Part shown: positions 60,448-64,000 of the stretch, one piece after another
Position numbering within the stretch: the stretch's first letter is position 1
How the letters are laid out: the number at the start of each line of letters is the position of its first letter
Origin: a virus
Taxonomy: Duplodnaviria; Caudoviricetes
Strand: one strand, 5' to 3'
IMG/VR virus record: IMGVR_UViG_3300042975_000100
Span: 32,001-96,000 of that record
DNA: 64,000 bases
Made by a program: the position numbers and the translations under genes
Notes under the pieces: generated by a model
Seen by the model: the letters and a program-made list of their open reading frames with translations, nothing else
The model's database searches: none
Told to the model about the DNA's origin: nothing

Positions 60448-62772
60448 TTAGAACCCTGCCGGCCTCGGCATAGATTCCCACAGAACTTCTGGAGTAACTA
60501 TTCTACAGGTCTTTGTATTGATCTTGGAAAGCTTGCTGGATTGAAATCCTACGTATGGAACTACAAGGATATCTGTCTTCTTAGTGACACCTTTCTCTCC
60601 AGATGCATCGAACGTTCCAAGAGCGTTCAATGCCTCGACCAATTTAGAGTCTCTGCAGCCAGTAAATCGTACAATGACTTTGGCTGTATAATCTCCATAT
60701 GATCTTTGAATATTATCCATACATGCGATGGTTTTAAGATCATCCATGAACGCCTTGCGCTCATTTACAACGGTTAATGCTGCTGTTTCCCCAATACCTT
60801 TGATAGTCATCAAGGCGTTGTAAAGTTCATTCTCTTCTGCATCCATGATATACTCTAAGGATACATCCTTAAGAATAAGCTTCCATTTCTCTGCACTAAG
60901 ATTAGAGAAACCAAGCGCGCCTATTACCCGATTATCAGGATAAGGCTTTGTTTTCAGCTCTTCTACCCGTGCAAAGAATTTCTTCGTCATAACCTCACCG
61001 ATTACCGCACATGCCTTATCATAATCCAGATTGAAAAGATCACTAAACGATCTGAGATTCAATGATACTACATATGCCTCGCCAAAGTCCTTGAAGTTAA
61101 GTTTCTTAAGCATGTTAGTTACACGCTTAACCATACGTCCATCACAATCCATATTAGGACAATATGCTGTATCTCCAGTATCTGATACCATTAAGGATGT
61201 CCCACATACTGGACATACTTCAGGAAATGGAATCTTAGGTCCTTTTGGTATTGCATTCTCTGCTATATTAGGCTTGGTAAGATACACGATTACATCATGC
61301 CTATACTCAAGCTCTACAACGTCACCGATATGCAGATCCATCTGGTTAAATTTCTTAAACGAATGAATCGTAGTTTTCGGATGAATAGTACCAAAGAACT
61401 CTACTGGATTGAAATACGCCATTGGTGTGATGCTACCATCCTGTCCTACGGTGAATTCACAACCGGTAATAATGCTTCTCTTCTTCATAGCTGAGAACTT
61501 GATCGCAATAGCCCATTTGTTTACAGAGTTGATTCGTCCCAATGCCTGCTTAGCAATCGGATTAGTATACTCAATAACTACTCCATCATACATAAATGGA
61601 ATATAGGGCCTCATTGCTTCTGCTTCTTTAGCAAACTTACTTACCATATACAATCTATTCATATAATCCCCATGAATCATTGCATACCGCAAGTCTACAC
61701 CAGAGCTATAATACTTATTCAAGAAATTGATCTCTACCTCTCTATCAATTCCAAGACCTCCAGTACAGATTGGTACAAGCGTCATATAGTCTCTGAATCT
61801 TCTGGCATCATCTCTACCGGTTAACCCGATAATAGCTGTTCTACCATTTACATAAGTCATACCGGTATCCGCAGCAAGCTTATTGAGCATAGGGAATGTG
61901 ATGATGCATTCGAATTTAATACCGAATACCATCTTATCATTTATCTCTGGATAACCACAAGCTCTTTGGAATACATAGCCTCCAAAGATATGCGTCAAAT
62001 CCTGAGCCTCATCATTTCCCGTATCTCCTCTCGACCTTGCAGATACAATCTTGTTACCCTGGATCTGGGCTTCAACAGAAATACCATCATACTTCAAAGT
62101 CGCACACATATCAGGGAAGTCGAATCCCATCTGACGATGAGCCATCATAAAGTCTCTTTCAAAGATAGCTACTTTTTGTTGACTATCATTAGGATCTACT
62201 CCATGCATAACTGCATCATTGATAAGGGTAAACTTACATTTGTCAAGCGTACCAACTAACTCTGGATACTCGTGTGCAACCGCTCTGCCCTTTTTGTTAG
62301 GCTTATCATAGTGCTGTACATCTTGTACTTCGAAGTCGCTAGCACGAACGTTAAATGTATTCCCAGTGATATTCTTGAAGAAGAATCCATCCGTATCAGC
62401 TAAATGCATAGCTGTAACCTTTCCAGTTACATGCTGTTCATAGCTGTCAGGACCTGCAGCCTTTCTCTGCGGGAATACTACCGGTGTTGCTCCTACAGGA
62501 GACATACCACCCGTAACTTTGTTATACTTCGTTACGGCTAAATCATACACTCCATCTTCTAATGGAAGCATAGTTCGATCTGTATTATTGTACAGGATAT
62601 TTGAGATAACCAGTACATCATACATATCTTTTGTCATTTGTTCCGTTGGCTCTGAATTTATAAAATTCATAGTCAATTCATTAAGGTAAGAACTTAGCTG
62701 AGGAGTAATCATCCGTAAAGATGCTTTCTCTAAATCAGCTATAACCTCCTTAAGATTTATATTCACTTTCAT
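60448..62772 (-). CDS. ligA: NAD-dependent DNA ligase
   Basis: KYDG adenylation motif, SRGD, DGVVI, WAIAIKF, OB fold, CPVC..CPN.DC Zn finger, HhH, BRCT (FTG...GVTKKT). Confidence 0.95.
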   Translation of the reverse strand: MKVNINLKEVIADLEKASLRMITPQLSSYLNELTMNFINSEPTEQMTKDMYDVLVISNILYNNTDRTMLPLEDGVYDLAVTKYNKVTGGMSPVGATPVVFPQRKAAGPDSYEQHVTGKVTAMHLADTDGFFFKNITGNTFNVRASDFEVQDVQHYDKPNKKGRAVAHEYPELVGTLDKCKFTLINDAVMHGVDPNDSQQKVAIFERDFMMAHRQMGFDFPDMCATLKYDGISVEAQIQGNKIVSARSRGDTGNDEAQDLTHIFGGYVFQRACGYPEINDKMVFGIKFECIITFPMLNKLAADTGMTYVNGRTAIIGLTGRDDARRFRDYMTLVPICTGGLGIDREVEINFLNKYYSSGVDLRYAMIHGDYMNRLYMVSKFAKEAEAMRPYIPFMYDGVVIEYTNPIAKQALGRINSVNKWAIAIKFSAMKKRSIITGCEFTVGQDGSITPMAYFNPVEFFGTIHPKTTIHSFKKFNQMDLHIGDVVELEYRHDVIVYLTKPNIAENAIPKGPKIPFPEVCPVCGTSLMVSDTGDTAYCPNMDCDGRMVKRVTNMLKKLNFKDFGEAYVVSLNLRSFSDLFNLDYDKACAVIGEVMTKKFFARVEELKTKPYPDNRVIGALGFSNLSAEKWKLILKDVSLEYIMDAEENELYNALMTIKGIGETAALTVVNERKAFMDDLKTIACMDNIQRSYGDYTAKVIVRFTGCRDSKLVEALNALGTFDASGEKGVTKKTDILVVPYVGFQSSKLSKINTKTCRIVTPEVLWESMPRPAGF

Positions 62773-62839
62773 CACCTCATGAATATAATATATACTTGCA
62801 AAAAATAATAGAGGGCTGATTATACAGCCCTCCATATTT

Positions 62840-64000
62840 TTATTCCTTATCCAGGTTCCCCTTCAATGGGAGATTAGGATTAACGAGCCTCATTACACGT
62901 TCTTTGATTACTCTCTGCTTACGAACTGGCACCTCGGAGTTGATAAGCTTAGTTACATCCTTAGTTGTAAGCTCTCCAATCATCTCCTTGATAGCTTCCT
63001 TCTCACGAAGGTCATCCATGATATGAGTAATTTCAGAAGCATTCTTCATAATCTCTTCGGAATGAAGAACCTCATGCCGAATATCTTCTGGGAATGAATT
63101 GATTACCATTGCAGTGCGTGGATCTACAAGAGTCATAGCTCTCATCTTATTACGAGAACCAGATTTCTTATGATCAATCCTCTTCTTTGCAAGCTCTTTG
63201 ATCTTATCTTTCAGTCGTGGATCTACAAGAGTCATTGCTACACACTTTCTCCGATTATCAATCAGAGTCATTACAACCTGCTTGACCTTGTTACGCACTT
63301 TAAGCTTTTTGATAAAGTCAAATCGTAATCCGATTTCCTTAAGATAAACATCAACCTTCTCTACTTGTCGAGAAGTAGCATCATGAGGAATACGTACATT
63401 GCGCTGGAATGGATCACCAACCAAAAGTGTTTCGAACATACGTCTACCCTGTGGAGATGCAGACAGAAGCATCAATGTTTCAATCAACGTTTCTGCGTTA
63501 GAATGCATCATATCAAGAAACTCCATTTCACCAAAGCGTACTGGAGTGGTCGCATGCGCTGCTTTATGAAACTTATTTGCTTTGCTCTTTGTATTCTCGC
63601 TTCTGATATTCGTAGATGCCAGAGATACAGAAGAGAACTTCTCTTCAGCAAACTGCTTCAAACGCTGCGTATATTTCTTACCTACGATGATTTTGCGTCT
63701 AGCTTTAATCTGCCGCAATCCTCCACGGGAATTCTGTACAGTAACATAGAGATCTGACTGCTCAATCCATGGGAATGCTTCATACATCTCTCTGATCATA
63801 TCGATAGACATGCCAGAAGACATCGGAGGCATACACATATAGATTGCTCCATCATTGACGATAGAATCAAGATACTGTGTTCTTACATCAATTCCATTGT
63901 AATTACAGAAATCTTGATACTCTCTTGCCTGTTCCTTATTGAAGATATTCATATAAGTGAACAGCATGTTCTCGCACTGTCCGATTATACCCTGATCATC
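62840..64000 (-). CDS. Phage RNA polymerase beta-like subunit, C-terminal part (5' end lies outside the window)
   Basis: G..Y..RLKQ...KFS and PVRFGEME motifs. Confidence 0.88.
   Translation of the reverse strand, partial: DDQGIIGQCENMLFTYMNIFNKEQAREYQDFCNYNGIDVRTQYLDSIVNDGAIYMCMPPMSSGMSIDMIREMYEAFPWIEQSDLYVTVQNSRGGLRQIKARRKIIVGKKYTQRLKQFAEEKFSSVSLASTNIRSENTKSKANKFHKAAHATTPVRFGEMEFLDMMHSNAETLIETLMLLSASPQGRRMFETLLVGDPFQRNVRIPHDATSRQVEKVDVYLKEIGLRFDFIKKLKVRNKVKQVVMTLIDNRRKCVAMTLVDPRLKDKIKELAKKRIDHKKSGSRNKMRAMTLVDPRTAMVINSFPEDIRHEVLHSEEIMKNASEITHIMDDLREKEAIKEMIGELTTKDVTKLINSEVPVRKQRVIKERVMRLVNPNLPLKGNLDKE

Noticed and set aside
1-64000. Alternative genetic code, chimallin/PhuZ nucleus genes, inteins
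   Set aside because: Long genes are intact under the standard code with all three stop codons used; no chimallin, tubulin or intein motifs were recognised here, although they could lie elsewhere in the genome.

Overview
This window is part of a phiKZ/AR9(PBS1)-like jumbo myophage genome. The host is probably a Firmicute, possibly in the Negativicutes; that is inferred from strong GGAGG ribosome-binding sites and one secreted protein. The core genes include split multisubunit RNA polymerase fragments (beta-N, beta-C, beta'-C and a probable sigma-like subunit), a two-part family B DNA polymerase, primase, SF2 helicase, SbcC/Rad50, NAD-dependent ligase, terminase, portal, prohead protease, tail sheath and tail tube. 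The polymerase half carrying motifs B and C is interrupted by a 405-nt group I intron. Two promoter classes recur: early TATATTATA and late AACA-N6-TA. The most unusual observations are: (1) an about 440-nt structured RNA with an embedded tRNA-like domain directly downstream of a coiled-coil (DIP1984-like) gene; (2) a short linear motif, K-x-[VA]-M-[HTR]-L-[VI], repeated in unrelated DNA/RNA-metabolism proteins; (3) two minigene cassettes with a shared 120-nt leader but unrelated peptides; (4) tandem Tad1-family anti-defence sponges; (5) an orphan HicB; and (6) a G12 tract in a tail-like gene. Several single-base frameshifts probably reflect assembly errors. All family calls come from recognising motifs by eye, not from database searches.
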